Assembly: GCA_963575745.1 (NCBI GenBank)
Contig: CAUYUJ010000064.1
Location: 1 to 64,000 of the forward strand
DNA: 64,000 bases
Reading direction: 5' to 3'
Source: Prorocentrum cordatum
Lineage: Eukaryota
The notes beneath the pieces are model-generated. The model saw nothing but the letters and a program-made list of their open reading frames with translations, was not told the origin of the DNA and ran no database searches. Below, piece after piece: positions 11,157-25,500 of the stretch; the first letter of the stretch is position 1, and each line of letters begins with the position of its first letter. A program made the translations under genes and the position numbers.

Positions 11157-14100
11157 CTGTGCCGGGCGGGCTCGCAAAAGGGAGAGTCGGAAACTGGGCG
11201 ACAATTGGCAAATCCGTGGCTGCTAAAACGGTTTTCGGGAGCGGCCAAGAGGGGGGTGCCCAAGAGGGGGGGGGTGCAAATCACGACCGGCGGCATGTGC
11301 GTGGCCCAGCGGGGGGGCCAGGAGCGTAATGAACTAAGAAGAGGCGCCATGAAATCTGGGGAAATATCATGGCCCCCGCCATGATATCCACCCCCCCTAG
11401 TCATCACCCCCCTCTTTTCCGCCCCCGAGGCTTCCCCGGAAGAACAAAACAAAGTCCCGGAGTGAAACTCAGCGCGCTAAGTAGCAAACGGGCTGCTTCC
11501 CGGAAGGAAGAAACCATTTCCCGGAGCTCCGTTGTAGCAGCCACGGGTTTGCCAGCGTTCGCCCGGCTTCTGAGAAAGGGCTGGCCACGGACGATCCTCA
11601 CGCCCAACCAGCTCCGCCCCCATCTGACTGGCCCAAAAGAAAACGCTCGGGAACGATGTGTTTGTACTTTCGGCGGCCTCCGCCAGCGGAGCTGCCCTCG
11701 CTTTGTTACCCATCCGTTTTCCGCAGACATTCCGCCGCCTTCCGCCGAAGCAGGGAAGTCAACCTGTCGATCCCTCGAGATCGAGGCCCTTTCTAAAGCG
11801 CCCCGTCTGGGCGGCCTGGACTTATCTCGTTTGCGGGGCTGGCGGGGGCGGGAGCACGTCCTTCGATACGCGCGCTGTTTTCTTGAATTGGTTCAATCAC
11901 GAAACGCACCCTTCAACAAGCCTCCCACGTCTCACGGTCAACTCGCACTGCGAGCACAATCGCAGTGCGAACATATGGGCGAGACTAAGCCGGCACGAAG
12001 AGGAGGAGGGCGGAGGAGGAGAGGAGAGGAGAGGAGAGGAGAGGAGAGGAGAGGAGAGGAGAGGAGAGGAGAGGAGAGGAGAGGAGAGGAGAGGAGAGGA
12101 GAGGAGAGGAAAGGTGAGGAGAGAAAAGGAAATGAGAGAAGGGGAGAGGAGCGGAGAGGAAAGGAGAGGAGAGGAGATCAAAGGAGAGGAGAGGAGAACA
12201 GAGGAGAGGGCAAGCGGAGGAGACGAGGAGGAGACAATGAGGAGACGGGAAAGAGAGGAGATGAGAAGAGAGGAGAGGAGAGGAGAAGAAAGGGCACGGG
12301 GAGGAGACGACGAGAAAACGAGAAGGAGAGGAGAGGAGAGGAGAGGAGAGGAGAGGAGAGGAGAGGAGAGGAGAGGAGAGGAGAGGAGAGGAGAGGAGAG
12401 GAGAGGAGATGAGATGAGATGAGATGAGATGAGATGAGATGAGAAGAAATGAAATGAGATGGGAGGACACGAGAGGAAAGGAAAAGAGAAGAGAGGGCAC
12501 GGGGAGGAGACGAGGAGGAGACGACGAGAACCCAGCCACGGAGCAGCCCAACCGAACCGCGCGGAACGGGACGGAAGCGTTCCAAAGAGCATGAAGCGGG
12601 CGAGCGCCGAGGGCGAACGCCGTGTGGCGGACGGAGGGAGGGGGGCGACGGGCCTGCACGCCACGCGGCGAGCCCCCTGCCAACCCCCCTGCTGCCACCC
12701 CCGTTTTCCGCGACGCGGTTCGGCAGGCCTTTTCTGGCACAGGAGACCCCGAAGCGCGGGCAGCCTCTGCACGAAGGAGAAAAATGGCGAGGAGGGCGAG
12801 GAAAGGGAGGAGGAGGAGGAGGAGGAGGAGGAGATGGAGGGCGAGAAGGAGAGAGAGAGAGAGAGAGAAAAGGAAGGCGAGGAGGCGGAAGGGCGGGAGG
12901 CCGAGCAGCCAAGACCCTGGCGATCGCACCAAGCGACATGCCCGCGCCGCCGGGCGGCCGCCCGCCGCCCGCCGCCACCGAAGCCGACGCCCTCCGCGGG
13001 GGCAGCCCGTCGGCCCAGGGGTCGTCAAGCAGGGGCGACGGCGGCGCGGGGGCCCCCGCTGCCCCCGCGGCCGCCGTTGCCACGTCCTCCATGGACGTGT
13101 GCATCGCCGTCGCCTGCTCCGCCGTTGGATAGAGCAAAGTTTGCACGTTGGTCCCTGCAGTGCCGCCGTTCCCCCCCCCCCCCGCGTGCATCGCCGTCGC
13201 CTGCTCCGCCTAGCCCGCCTGCTGCCACGCCCGCGCGGGCGGCGCCGCCGCCGCCGCGGGGCGGCAGCGGGAGGGGGGCCCGCGGCAGCGGGGGGCGCGG
13301 GAGGGGCGGGCGGCGTGCACGACGGCAGTGGCCGTCCGAAGGAGGGCCTCGGAAGCGCGCGCGAGGCGCCGGGCCTCGCGGCAGCCTCCAACGAGCCCAG
13401 CAGCGGCGCGCGCGGCGAGGAGCGCGCCGCGAAGGGCGCCTTCGGCCGAGCGCACGCGGCGGGCGTTCAGCGTCGGCGGCATCGGCGACAGCGTGGGAGG
13501 CGCGCGGCGGCGCGACCTGGCGGGCGAGGCTCAAGCCAAGAACCAAGTGAGAAGACGACGAGGAGACGAGAAGAAAAGGAGATGAGAGGAAAGGATGGAA
13601 GAGGAGAGGAGGGAGAGAAGAGTGCGAAAAAGGGCGCAAAAATTCGGACGGCAATTCGGCCAGGCCTGGCGGGGCTTTACTGCCGCTCAGGCCTGCCTCG
13701 CATTGGCGGGAGGTGCCGCATAGTGAACAGGGGAGGAGAAACCCTACCCCTGGCGCGGTCCGTAAAGAGCCCGACTGGGGAACACGGCAGACTTGCTGCA
13801 ATCAGGGAGCGGCACACCCCGTCTGCACATCCGAGCAAAATGTGGCGGCCCCAAGCGCGGCTTGCAATGTGCGCTTCGGTACCTCATCGAACCAAGGCGC
13901 AGCCTTGGGACATCCCCCGCGGCGGCCCAGCGCTAGGACTACGAAACAGTTGCCAGCGCTTCGCGCAGCGCACACTTGACTATGGAAAGGCTAGCACCAG
14001 CGCGCTAGCGGCGAGCATCGAGGCACACCTGGAAGCCCGCCTGGGGAGCAGGCGGTCGAAATTCCTGATGAAGGCTGCCCCACGTGGACTGCGATCTTCG

Positions 14101-17100
14101 GAATGCGCCAGGGCGGGGCCCGACGGCTCCTGGATGCACAACGCAGGATATGAGCAAGGCAGGTAGCACACTGTTGCAGCGTCGGGATGCACCCCCCATC
14201 GTCGCCGAACCCCTCGGTGGGATCATCGCGCGCCGGGGTGGACGTCGGCATCGTGGACGGGGCCGTCACTTGCCTGGCAGCACGCGACGGCGGCGCAGCC
14301 TGACTGGATCTGATCGGATGACGCAACGGCGCGGGCCCACGAAGTCGGCGGGCCAGGTTCATCCGCGACAATACCCCTGGCGCGGTCGGCTTGCACTGCG
14401 GCACGTAAGGCGTCAATAATGGCCATGGTGCATCGCTCGACTGGTCTACCACGGCACGCCTGGGGGCTGCTACCCTGGCGAGCCCAAGGTCGTCGTCGAC
14501 GGCGCTGACCCCCCGTCGCTCCTCGATACCGGCGGCGAGGGCGGCCCCGCGATCGAGGCGGGCGGGTGGCTGGCAGCCGCGGGGGGCCCCGTGGAAACGC
14601 GTTTCCGATCGGCGACACGCACCGGAATCACACTGGCGCCTGCGCAGCGGCGGGCGCCGCCGAGGCCTCGAGCGCACGCGCCCAGGGGGGCGGGGCAACG
14701 GCCCGATGGCAGGGCGCGCTGCGTCGGAGGCCTGGGCGCGCGGCAGCACCGCCCAGCCCATCAAGTTGCCGCAATGGCACTGGCCCGCCAGGGGCCCGAT
14801 CCTCGACCCCTCGCCAGCCATCTCGCGCCGCCGGCGCTGGGGGCGCAACTAGCGCCGGGCGCGCGGCTAACAGCAGCGGGAGGAGCGGCAGAGACTGAGC
14901 CGCACTCCGCATGGTCGGGCCTCCACGCACAAAACCCGCGCAGTCGGCGGCCCGGCGCCCGGGGCAGGACCCCGGCGGCCCCCCGCCCCCAGAGGCATTG
15001 TTGCCGCGTGTCTTCGCGATGCGGAATCAACGGAAAAGCGTCGCGCGTGGGCCTGTCCACCGGCGGTGAACTGCGCAACTATCGCCCATGCCCCTTCTCC
15101 CCGGCGGCTGGCTTCGAAACCTTTTTTGGCCCCCGTTAGACAGCGGGGCGGGGCGCGGGCCCAGCTGTCGGAGCTGCTCCGCCGAGGCGCCGGGCGCGCG
15201 CCGCCGCTCGCTAACCCCGCGGGCTGGGGCGCCAGGCCCGGCCCGCGATGTTGCGGCGAGCGGTCGTCGCGGCGAGCGCCCACGCATCGCGGGGGGCCAC
15301 GCCGCCGCGCCCAGGGCGGGCCGCCGAGAGGGGCCCGGCTGTCCCGCGCAAGGCGAAGGGCCGCAAGAACACGGACATCGCCCGCAGGGGGGGGGTCGAG
15401 CCAATGGGCAGCAGTGCCCCGGCGGGCCCCGCCCCCCCTCGCCCCAGCGAGAATTCCGCCGCGGGCGCCGAGCGGCCGCCGCCCCCCCAGCGGTCGCCCG
15501 ACAATCACGCGAAACACCTTTTCCAAGGCGCGGCGCGGCCAGAACCGCCGAGGAAGAGCCGACACCGTCGCGCCGCCCGCAACCGCGGCGCCGCTCCCAG
15601 ACGCGCCGCTAGAAGACGCGACACCCCGCGCACGACTCGCACTGCTCGCCCCACTCGCGGCGCGAGGCTGCCAGCGCTGAGCCCCGTCGCGCCCCCGGGC
15701 GTCGAGGAACTGGCTCTGCGCGCGCAACTCGATTCCGTCGCGCCGTTCAGCGCCGAGGCGGCGGCCCTGAAAGCGCTGCAAGAGAACGCGGCGCTCGCTG
15801 CACAGATGCGAGGCAGCTGGCATTGGACCCCGTCGCGCAGCTCAACGCCGCGGCGCTCGACCTCATCGCGCTGCTCAGCGCCGCCGCGCCGGGCCCCGAC
15901 GCGCTACCCGAAGACGCGGCGCTCATTGCACTGCTCGTCTCGCTCGCACCTCTCGACGTCGCGGCGCCCAGTTCGCCGCCGGCGCTGAGCTGCAGACAAC
16001 GGCCCCAGAAGTGCCGCCCACGGACGCAGCGCTCATTGCACTGCCCGCCCCACTAGCAAATGCGAGGCCGCCGGCAGTGGACCCCATCGCGCAGCTCAAC
16101 GCCACGGCGCTCGACCCCGCCGCGCAGCTCAGCGCCGCCGCGCCAGGCCCCAACGAGCTACCCGAAGACGGGGCGCCAGTTGCACTGCTCGTCTCGTTCA
16201 TAGGTTCGAGGCAGCCAGCGCCGGGCCCCGTCGCGCTGCTCAACGTCGGGGCGCTTGACCCCGTCGCACTGCCCAGCGACGCGGCGCCAGTCCCTGGCGC
16301 GCGGCTGGAAGGCGCGGCATTCGACGCACTGCTCATCTTACTCGCGCGGCGAGGCCAATGGTGCTGGATCCCGCCTCACTGCTCAACGCTGCAGCATTAA
16401 ACTCCGGCGCGCTACTCAGCGTCGAGGTCCTGGCCACGCTCGTCTCGCAAGTGCGAGGCAACTGGGGATGGCCCCGTCGCGCTGCTCAGCATCGCAGCGC
16501 TCGATTTGGCCACGCCGCACGGCAGCGCGGAGCCGGGCCAGGAAACGCTGCTCAAAGACACGATGCCCGTCGCTCGTCACACTCGTAGATGCGAGGATGT
16601 CGATGATGGATCCAGTCCGGCCGCGCAGCAACGCGGTGCCCAATCCCTTCGCACTGCTCAGCGTCGAGAAGCTGGTCCCTGACGCGTTGCCCGCTGCACT
16701 GCTTGTCTCACTCGCAACGGTGAGGTTGTTGGAGCTGGGCTCTGTCGCGCTGCTCAACGTCGCGGCGCCCCGCCCCGTCGCGCTGCCCAACGTCGATGTG
16801 CTGGTCACAGACGTGATGCTGTAAATCGCGATGGTCGATGGACTGCTCGTTTCGCTCGCGCGCGCGAGGCAGCCGGCGCTCGGCTCCGTCGCGCTGCTGA
16901 ACGTCGCAGCGCCCCACTTAATCGCGCTGCACGGCGCCACGGAGCTGGCCCCAAACGCGTTGCTCAGGGGCGCGAGGGCCGCTGCGCCGCCCGACCCCCC
17001 CGCAGACGCGAGGACGCCCGCGCTGGGCCCCGCGCGCGCAGCGTCGAGATGCCTGATCCCGCCGCGCTGCCCAGCGTCAAGGTGCAAGCCGCTGGCGCGA

Positions 17101-18640
17101 TACTCAAAGCCGCGGCGCTCATTGCTCTGGGTCATGAGTTCGAGGCTGTTGATGCCGAGTCCCGTCGCACTGCTGAACGCCACGGCGCTCAACTCCGTCG
17201 CGCTGCTCAGAGTCGCGGCGCTGGTCACACACGAACTGCTGAAAGACGGCGACGTTCGATGCCATTGGTGCCGGATCGCGCCGCACTGCTCAACGCTGCG
17301 GTGTTAAACCACGTCGCGCTGCTCAGGCTCAAGGTGATGTTCGCATACGTGTGGCTCAAAGACTTGGTCTTCGATGCGCTGCCCATCTCACTCGCAGGCG
17401 CGGGGGTGTTGGGGCTGGCTCACGTCGTCCTGATCACCATCGACGCACTCGAGTTCGTCGCGACGCACGGTGTCACGACCGTGCCGGACGTGCTGTCCGA
17501 AGACGCGATGTTCGTTGTACTGCTCGTCCCACTCATAAATGTGAGGTTGCTGGCGATGGATGCCGTCGTAATTGGCAACGTCGTCGTACATTCGAAAGCC
17601 GGACACTGCGGGCAGCATGGCAAACCACGATCCTAAGAGGACCAAAGACGAAGGCGTGAGGCACCAGGAGTCGCAAAGCCGTCACCAGGAAGCGGACAGA
17701 AGCGCGGAACGCGATGCGGGCCAGGGCGGCAACGAGAAGAATGCAAATGCCACAAGTCGAAAAAGCGCCGCTACCTGGGAGGAGACGTGAAGCGGCAAGG
17801 CGAAAGCGGCAAGGATGAGAAAGGCGGCAGGGGCGCGCAGAAGGTGAGCGAAGAGGCTACGAGACTGTAGGGAACCCGTGCCACGAACGAAAGCAATGGA
17901 CTATAGACCGAAGAAATCAAGGAGGGCACCACAGACAGTCGATTCTGATAAATCAGAACCAGCACGGTACATCCAGCAGCTATAGGAGGATATGCGAAAT
18001 AAGGTCCACAGGTATGTCCGCCAACACGTAAAAAACATGGAACGGCTACGGAAAAACTGGCGCAGCAGGAGGTAACTGAACGGGGGGAAAACAGCAGCAC
18101 TGACAGCTAACACATCGGCACGCGGTCCAGCTGCGGCTGTACATGCAGCAGCGCGTCGCCAGAATGCAAAAGAGCTGAACAGCATGCCCAGGCCGAATCC
18201 AGGAGAACAAGCGCCGCGGAGGAGAGGACACACTATGGACGCCAAGGGAACGGGAGAGAAACAAGAAGGGACAGTGAGAGACGGAGGACTGAAGGCCGGG
18301 ACGGGGAAAGAGGGGCGACGGGGAGGGTAAACGAAAGGAAAGGGGCGAGGACAAGGGGGCGGAAGAGGGTGATATATAGGGGGGAACGGAGAATTGCATC
18401 TTCCTTGTTTCGTGGAGTGATAGGAGGAAGGGGGGGCGAGTGACAGCATCGGCGGCAGCGATGTGCACGTTTTTTGGCAAGTGTGCAGCACCAGCACACC
18501 AAGAGACCTGCGACCACAGCTACGCGCACGCCACACACACACACACTTTTCGGCGCCGCGGCCTCGCGCGCACCGAAAGGGCGCCCAAAGTCGGAGAAGA
18601 GAACGCCCCCACACACTCTCTCTCTCTCTCTTTCTGTTTT

Positions 18641-18727
<87 letters not shown>

Positions 18728-19435
18728 TACACACACTTTTGCGGGGCGCGTCGCGGCCCCGCGCGCGGCGACGGGGCGTAGGAAGTCGAGCGCGGGCAGG
18801 GGAAAGCGCGCGTCTACGCCCAGCCGAGCTCTCAGAGTCTCAGAGCCCGCTTAGGGTCGTGCAGCCGGCAGCAGCCATAGCCATCCGGGCCTGAATCGGC
18901 GGGGAAGGCACTGAGTAGACGAAATTGCGGTGAGGGTGGAATGTAACAGCAGCCAACCAGGAGTTGAAGGCGGAGAGAGCAAGTAAGCCAATGTAGACCG
19001 ACACAGCCGTGCGTCAAGAAACGACGCAGAGAGCGAGGTGAACTCACATACGCACACACACACACACACACACTTTTACGTCGGCGGCGCAGAGGAGCCT
19101 CAGGTGCAATCGGCAGGCGGAGGTGCCAATTGCGCACGAATTTAATCGAGCACGCCATGATGAAAGAGCCCTGCCACGGCCGTGCAGATTTGTGGTGGAA
19201 CAACAGAGGCGCTGCAAAGCCAAGATGCAACGGCCAGCGAACCCACGGAGCGGAAGCTCGACGCAGGAAATTTGAAGCGCAACCAGCAGCCTGGTGCCAC
19301 TCAACACACACACACACACACTTTTTTGATCTGCGGGGCGAGAGCGAACCTCTCCCGCTAAAAGCTAGGCGGGCTACGCACAGCTTGAATTAGGGAGACA
19401 GGGCACAGGAAGGCGGGGCCTCATCAACACACACA

Positions 19436-19468
<33 letters not shown>

Positions 19469-19470
19469 GC

Positions 19471-19515
<45 letters not shown>

Positions 19516-22500
19516 CGTGCTCGCTTCCTTGTGTACGCCATTGTCACACGGACGCGTGCACCACAACACAAGCCTGAGCACACAGCCAAGGGAAAACTCA
19601 GGCCCGTGAGCGCCGTGGGGCTTGTATGCAACACCGCAAGCCTGTCTATACCAGAAAGCACACGTAAAACATTAACAGTGTCAACCAAAAAGGCGTACTT
19701 GTGTATACCAGAAGCACTGAACTAGCCGATGCCCATCAAACGCGCACGGCGCGTGCATTCCACAGGGCACCGCAGAGCCTGCGCAAACACCAAAAGCCCG
19801 CGCAAGCCACACGTTTCCCTTCTCCGCGAAGTTGAATCAGCAGCCAGTCGTAGGCGAGCGGGACGCGCGAGCTAAATTGCATTCGAACGTGTGTCGAGTG
19901 CGCTCCAGCCTTCGCCGTGAAATCCCGGACGATAGGCGAGCTAAGGCGAGCAAGCAGGAAAGCAAAGAGGAGAACATGCAACTGGCGAGCGACAGACACC
20001 TGCAAAGCGCGGCCGATACAAGAGAAATGCGGGGCACCAACGCACGATGTGTAAGCGAAGCCGCCTACACCGCACAACGAAACACCGAGGCCTGTGTGCA
20101 CCACAAGCCACTGCACGCACATGCAATTCTGAACTAACCACAAACATAAAACATACGCCTGGACACATCACGCGCGCAAGAGAGGGTACACCTCGAACAC
20201 CCGGCTTGAGCATACCACGACCACCACCGCCGCCCTGGTACACCACCGCAGGCATGACCATAGGCCTACGCTGAGGCATGCGCGTGTACACCACTGGCCA
20301 GTGCACTCACACGCACAAGCCTGCGTGCGGGCGCCTGCCAGGCCGCGGCGCACTGCAGAGCGAAGGGGGAGGAGGAGGGATACGATGAAGAAGAGGAGGA
20401 CAAGGAGGAGGAGGAGGAGGAAAAGGGGGAGCTAGGGGGAGCTAGGAGGAGGAGGAGGAGGAGGAGGAGGAGGAGGAGAAGGAGGTACACTGGCCACGGG
20501 CCAGTGCCCAGGACAGCGACGATGACGACGAAGACGGGACAAAGAAGATAACGAGCACGGGGAGGACAACAAGGGCGCCGACCAAGGCCAAGGACGGGAA
20601 CCCTGAGGGCCTCGGCGGGACGCCCCAAGGCCCTTGGGGACGGCCTCGAGGCCGCTGGGAGAGGCCTCTGGGAGGCCAAGCGGTCTTTGGGCGTTAGCAT
20701 TACCGGGAGGGGAGGTGACAACCGCGACCCCCAGGAGCAATTCAGTATTTGCATCGAGGGAAGTAGAAAGGGTAAAGGAAGAGAAGGGGGAGGGTAGGAC
20801 GAGAAGGGGGGAAATGGAAGGCAGGAGGGGACGCTGGAGGGGAGAGGGGGAAGGGGAAGGCAGCCACAGGGGAACGGGAGACAGAAGTTCCCCCCGAGAG
20901 TTCGAAGCACACGGGGCAGTGTAATGGGTCTGGCGATGGCTGTTCCCAGGGCCCCAGAGACCTCGGATGGCGCCACCGTCACGGCAGTGATGAGGCACGG
21001 CGACTCGCGAAGCTCGAACACCAGAAGGACGGGACCCCGTCGGATCCGCGTGTGGACGCCGCTCCGCCAGACCCCAGGACCTCTGAGCGTAGAGCGGCAA
21101 TCCTGCGGCACGGCCGTGGAAAAGCCCAGGGCGCTCCCTTGCCGTCACTCGGACGTTCATTTCCCGTGCATTTGTCGGTTTCGTGCGTGTTGTTTTTGGG
21201 CTCGATGGTCCAGGATGGTCCTCGACGGTTCTCGCCGAGAAAAAATGCACACGTCCGAGCGATGCCAAGCTCCCGTCAACCCCACGGGACCCCGCTGGAG
21301 GCCGCTGGGCTCCGCGGGCGCCGCCCGACGGTCTGCGCACAGTGAGAAGTCGGGCGCGCCCCTCTGCAGGAGGAATCTTCAAAAATAGTGCAGTCGGGGC
21401 GTTGACCTAAGGAACCCTAAATAAGGAACGAGGCCCCTTTTCTCCAGAAGTTGAACTTCGATTTCCCTTCGAAAACCTAAGGAAAACCTGAGGCAAGCTG
21501 TGAAACACCTAAGGAACACGGAGCCCCTCCCCAACGAAAAGGGTTCCTTCTTCAGGGCCCCGACTGTACAATATAGTCTGGGGACAATGTTTCTACTATG
21601 TTTGACTATGTGGGGATATATGTTTGGGGGGTCTTTAAAATTCTGTCGTCCAAAATCCGCCTGCAGGGGGACACGCCCGACCTAAGCACAGTGTTGTAAG
21701 ACTTGACCGGCCGTGTAACTAGACGGGCGGCCAGCGCAAGAGACTCCGGGCCTGAAGTCCTCCGGCACTGCGCGGCCCGTGTTGTAGGGCAGCAGGTTCA
21801 CGTGGTACCTCGGACAGCGCAGCCGTTCTCATGGCCACCGGCAATGCTGAGGACAACCGCGCGATACGTCTCCGTGCTGCTTGTCGCCCACATCGCTGGC
21901 TGGCCTACTGCTCGTCTCGACCCGACGCTCCCAATCAGGAGGTGTCGGCCCGGCGCCCGGCGCACGGTCTAGGCTGGGCGACTTTGACAGGAGCTCCTGT
22001 TCCGCCAGGAAGCACCCGCATCCACCGCGAGTACTAGGGGGTCATGTCCCGGGTCCCTGGGGACCGGGTGAAAGAAAATGATACCTCCCCGACCTCGGGG
22101 GCTGGCAGAGATCCACATCCACCGTTCTCCGACATCTCCCAGGCCCGGCTCCGGAGCGGGGGAGGCGGAGGGATGATCCCAGAGCTCAGCTGCCCCGATA
22201 CGCAGCACGCAACACGTATCGTATTGATACGGAGCTCGACACGTAGGCTGAAAACGTAGGTCCGACGCGATACACTCGTCAAAACGTGGTCCAATACGTG
22301 GAGCCAACACGCAACATATTGACACGGACGTCTTGAACACGGGACGTATTGCGTTTCAAAACGGGCGTACCGAGGCAACCAAGTCCTGGAGCAGGGAGAA
22401 GGGGAGAAGGGAGGAGGAAAGGAAAGTGGAGGGAGGGAGGAACGGAGGGAGCGAGGGGCGAGGCAGATGGGAGGAAGGACGACAGGGGCGGGAATAGCGA

Positions 22501-25500
22501 AGAGGGAGGGGGGAGAACATGAGAGGAGGGAGAAGGCTGGAGGGAGGAAGGAAAAAGAAAAAAAGAGGAAGGGAGGGAGCGGGAAAGAGGAAGGGTCGGA
22601 GAGCGAGGAAAGGGAGGGCCAGGAGAGAGCGGTGGAGGGAGAGCGAACTGCCGGAACGTCTGAGGACGGCACAGATACCGCACCTCGGAAGGACGCTCCT
22701 CGCGGGCGGGAGATTGACTGGCGCTGGCCTCCCACCACTCTTTTCCTTCGTTTCCCCTCCCCCTCCCCTCACCCCTCACCCCTCTCCCTATTCCTCCTTC
22801 CCGCTCATCCCTTCCCTCTCCCCATCGTTCTTCCCGCCACCTTCCTTCCCTCCACAGTGACACATTATGACTACGACTGTTTTGTTTTTCTCTCCATCTT
22901 TTTGTTGTCTCTCTCTCTCTCTCTCTCTTTCTCGCTGGCAAATTTCCAATTTTTTCCTCCCGCAAACACCCACCAATTTCAGCATCTGCTCCGATACCGT
23001 AGTCATCAATACACTTCCCCTCGAGGGGGCTATAACAACACCCATCGGACACGTACGGCAGCGAGGCTCTGTAGCGACAAAACTCGAATGCGACAAGTGG
23101 CAAGCTGAGGAAGATGATCAAACGAACTCGCATGTCCTCAAAGTGGGTATCCGGGCTACTCCACGGAAGCACCACCAACAAAACAGAGGTGAGACGCGAC
23201 AGCACCGACACTGGGCCATGCCCTGAAATTCCCCCATTTCAAATGAGTAACGACAGCCAAAGGGAGAGGAAGAGGGGAGGAGGAGAGGGGAAGAGAAAGA
23301 GGACAGAGGAAGCAGCCAGACAAGCTAGTGAAGTTTCGAACCCTCCCAGCCTCAGAGGATCGGAAATCGGGCACGCTCAACTGGAAGTTGCGTGCGGGAA
23401 CTCTCATTTTTCTCATCCTACTGATCCTGTCAGGGCGATATCCGGTCTCGTCATCGCAATAATACTCGGCAGCAGCAGCAGCAGCAGCAGGAGCAGGCGG
23501 AACACGGGGCACCTTGCGGCACTGGCACTGCCACTGTGACACAGCACTGCCCTCGTAGTTCCAATCAGCGCCCTCATGACACTACGTCGCACCTCATAGC
23601 ACTTCGTAATGTGACGGCGGCGCCCCCCCCCCCCCCAAAAAAAAAAAAAAACGCTCAAAGATAAATGCGAGCGCCCCCCATCCTCTTCTGACAAGCCTGT
23701 TTCGCATGTGGTGACGCGCCAGCACATTCGCAGCGCGATAATACGGCGAACTCCCAATAAGATTCTCGCGCACAGAAGCAACATATAACCCTACTGCCTT
23801 ACAAAGAGAGCGTTTGGGTGTCGGTTGTCTAGACGATCCTGCGGCAGCTCGCCTGTAGCTCTCTGGCAGTCGTGCGTGGTTTACGGGTGGCGCGCGCCTT
23901 CCAGGAGGCATTCGGCAGCTCTTCGGTGGCATATCGGCAGCTCCCCAGTACCCTTTCGGCGGCCGTGAGGTCCCCAAGAGGCTGCCAGGAGGCTTCAAAA
24001 CTGCTTCCACGAAGCCCCAGGGAGGCCTCTCAAGAGACCCCAACAAGAATCAATCAAACTACTTACCCAGATCCAAGGCACGGCGGCAGGGTGTGCCGAA
24101 ACCAATCGGATAGTCGGTCCCCCCTTCCTCCTCCCCCTACTTTCCTTCCTCCCCACCTCTCCTCCTCCTCATCCTCCTCATCCTCCTCCTTCTCCTCCTC
24201 CTCCTCTCATCCTCCACTTGATTATGACAGCTCTGCCGTACAAAATCTCCGCGCGGTGACCTTTAAAAGCGATTGTAATGTGTATGCGCTCACGCAAGAT
24301 CACCTCTGTAGGTATGCGTTGTTCTTCCGCCTTGCGTCGTCAAACAATCGCATGTTGCTGCGGCGGCCATGCGCAAGTACATATGTTTGTAGATAAATTG
24401 GGTAGCGGCGGGTTGGTTATGCATTTGCGGACGCCATACAGGTCCGTACCCCATGCTGCCGCATACAAAGTTGACGTTTGTGTGTGGCGCTGGAGCGTTA
24501 TAATAATCACGCGGCGGCTGTGTCTGTCCTTCCTTCGGCATGTTCATTCCTGACTCCTCATCCTCTGTCTTACCTGTTCACAAGATTATTCCTTGCGCGG
24601 TGGCTTTTTGCGGCGGCTTTGCCAGAAGGCTTCCTCACGTGCAGGATGCGCATAAGAGAGCGCTTCCCCTGGTGGCGGCTTGCAACAGATTTCGATGTGC
24701 GTCGTCGTACAAACTGAATCCTTTGCGTGGCGGGTTACATATGGGTCTTTTTTGTGGCAGCTTACAAGTTGATTCCTACTGTGGCGAGTTGTTACAAGTC
24801 GATTCCATATGTGGCGTTTATGTGGCGGATTGCAAATTGATTCCTTGCGTGGCCGATTGCAAAGGCACTCCTCTTGTGGCAGATTGCAAACGGATCCCGC
24901 TTCCTGGCGGAATGCACATGGATTACTTTAGTGGCGGATTCCAAGTAGATTCCCTTTATGTGCCTTCAAATCTGAGAAAATGCTGGTGCTCACTGATGTT
25001 CAATGTTTTGGGCGAAACAATTTTGAACACAATACCTTCTGACATTTGGAACCAAAAACCATACAAACGCACAGCATGCTTAAACTAATAGACCGAACAC
25101 AAATGAAAAAAATGATTGTGGAAGTGTGGTACATCAAACTACCGTGTTTCATCTGGCTTGGGTGCAAAAAGTAAGGACATGATGAGCTGCTATATGTTTG
25201 TGGCTCGAGACATTGGAAAACCAGTGGGGATCTTCGATACTCTTATGTTATAATGATGAGTTCGTTGTTGTTGTTTCTCTCTTGTCCACTGGCTCGTTAA
25301 CATGGAAGCCAATGAAGGGAATCAATGTACAATCCGCCACAAAAGGGAAACATGTGTAATCCGCGCCGTAATCCTCTGCAAAAGGAATCCTTTTGAATCC
25401 GCCAATACAGGAATCAATCTGCGATACGCCACAGAAGGAATCCTAACTATACAAAGCCATCGCGAGAAGAAGCATTAACATGTCCAGACAAAACGATCTT

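Noticed and set aside
2503..13535. Other GGCTCAAG octamers (2503-2510 minus, 13528-13535 plus) and the GCCCGAAG doublet at the LINE 5' end (~4590-4613) as SL relicts
   Set aside because: The upstream CCGTAGCCATTTT part does not match well enough, so they are compatible with chance.
11369..15988. Many overlapping 200-500 aa Arg/Pro/Ala/Gly ORFs
   Set aside because: Very GC-rich sequence plus GAGAG repeats explains them, and I recognise no domain. A possible LINE ORF1 remnant near 14.0-14.6 kb is too degraded to call.
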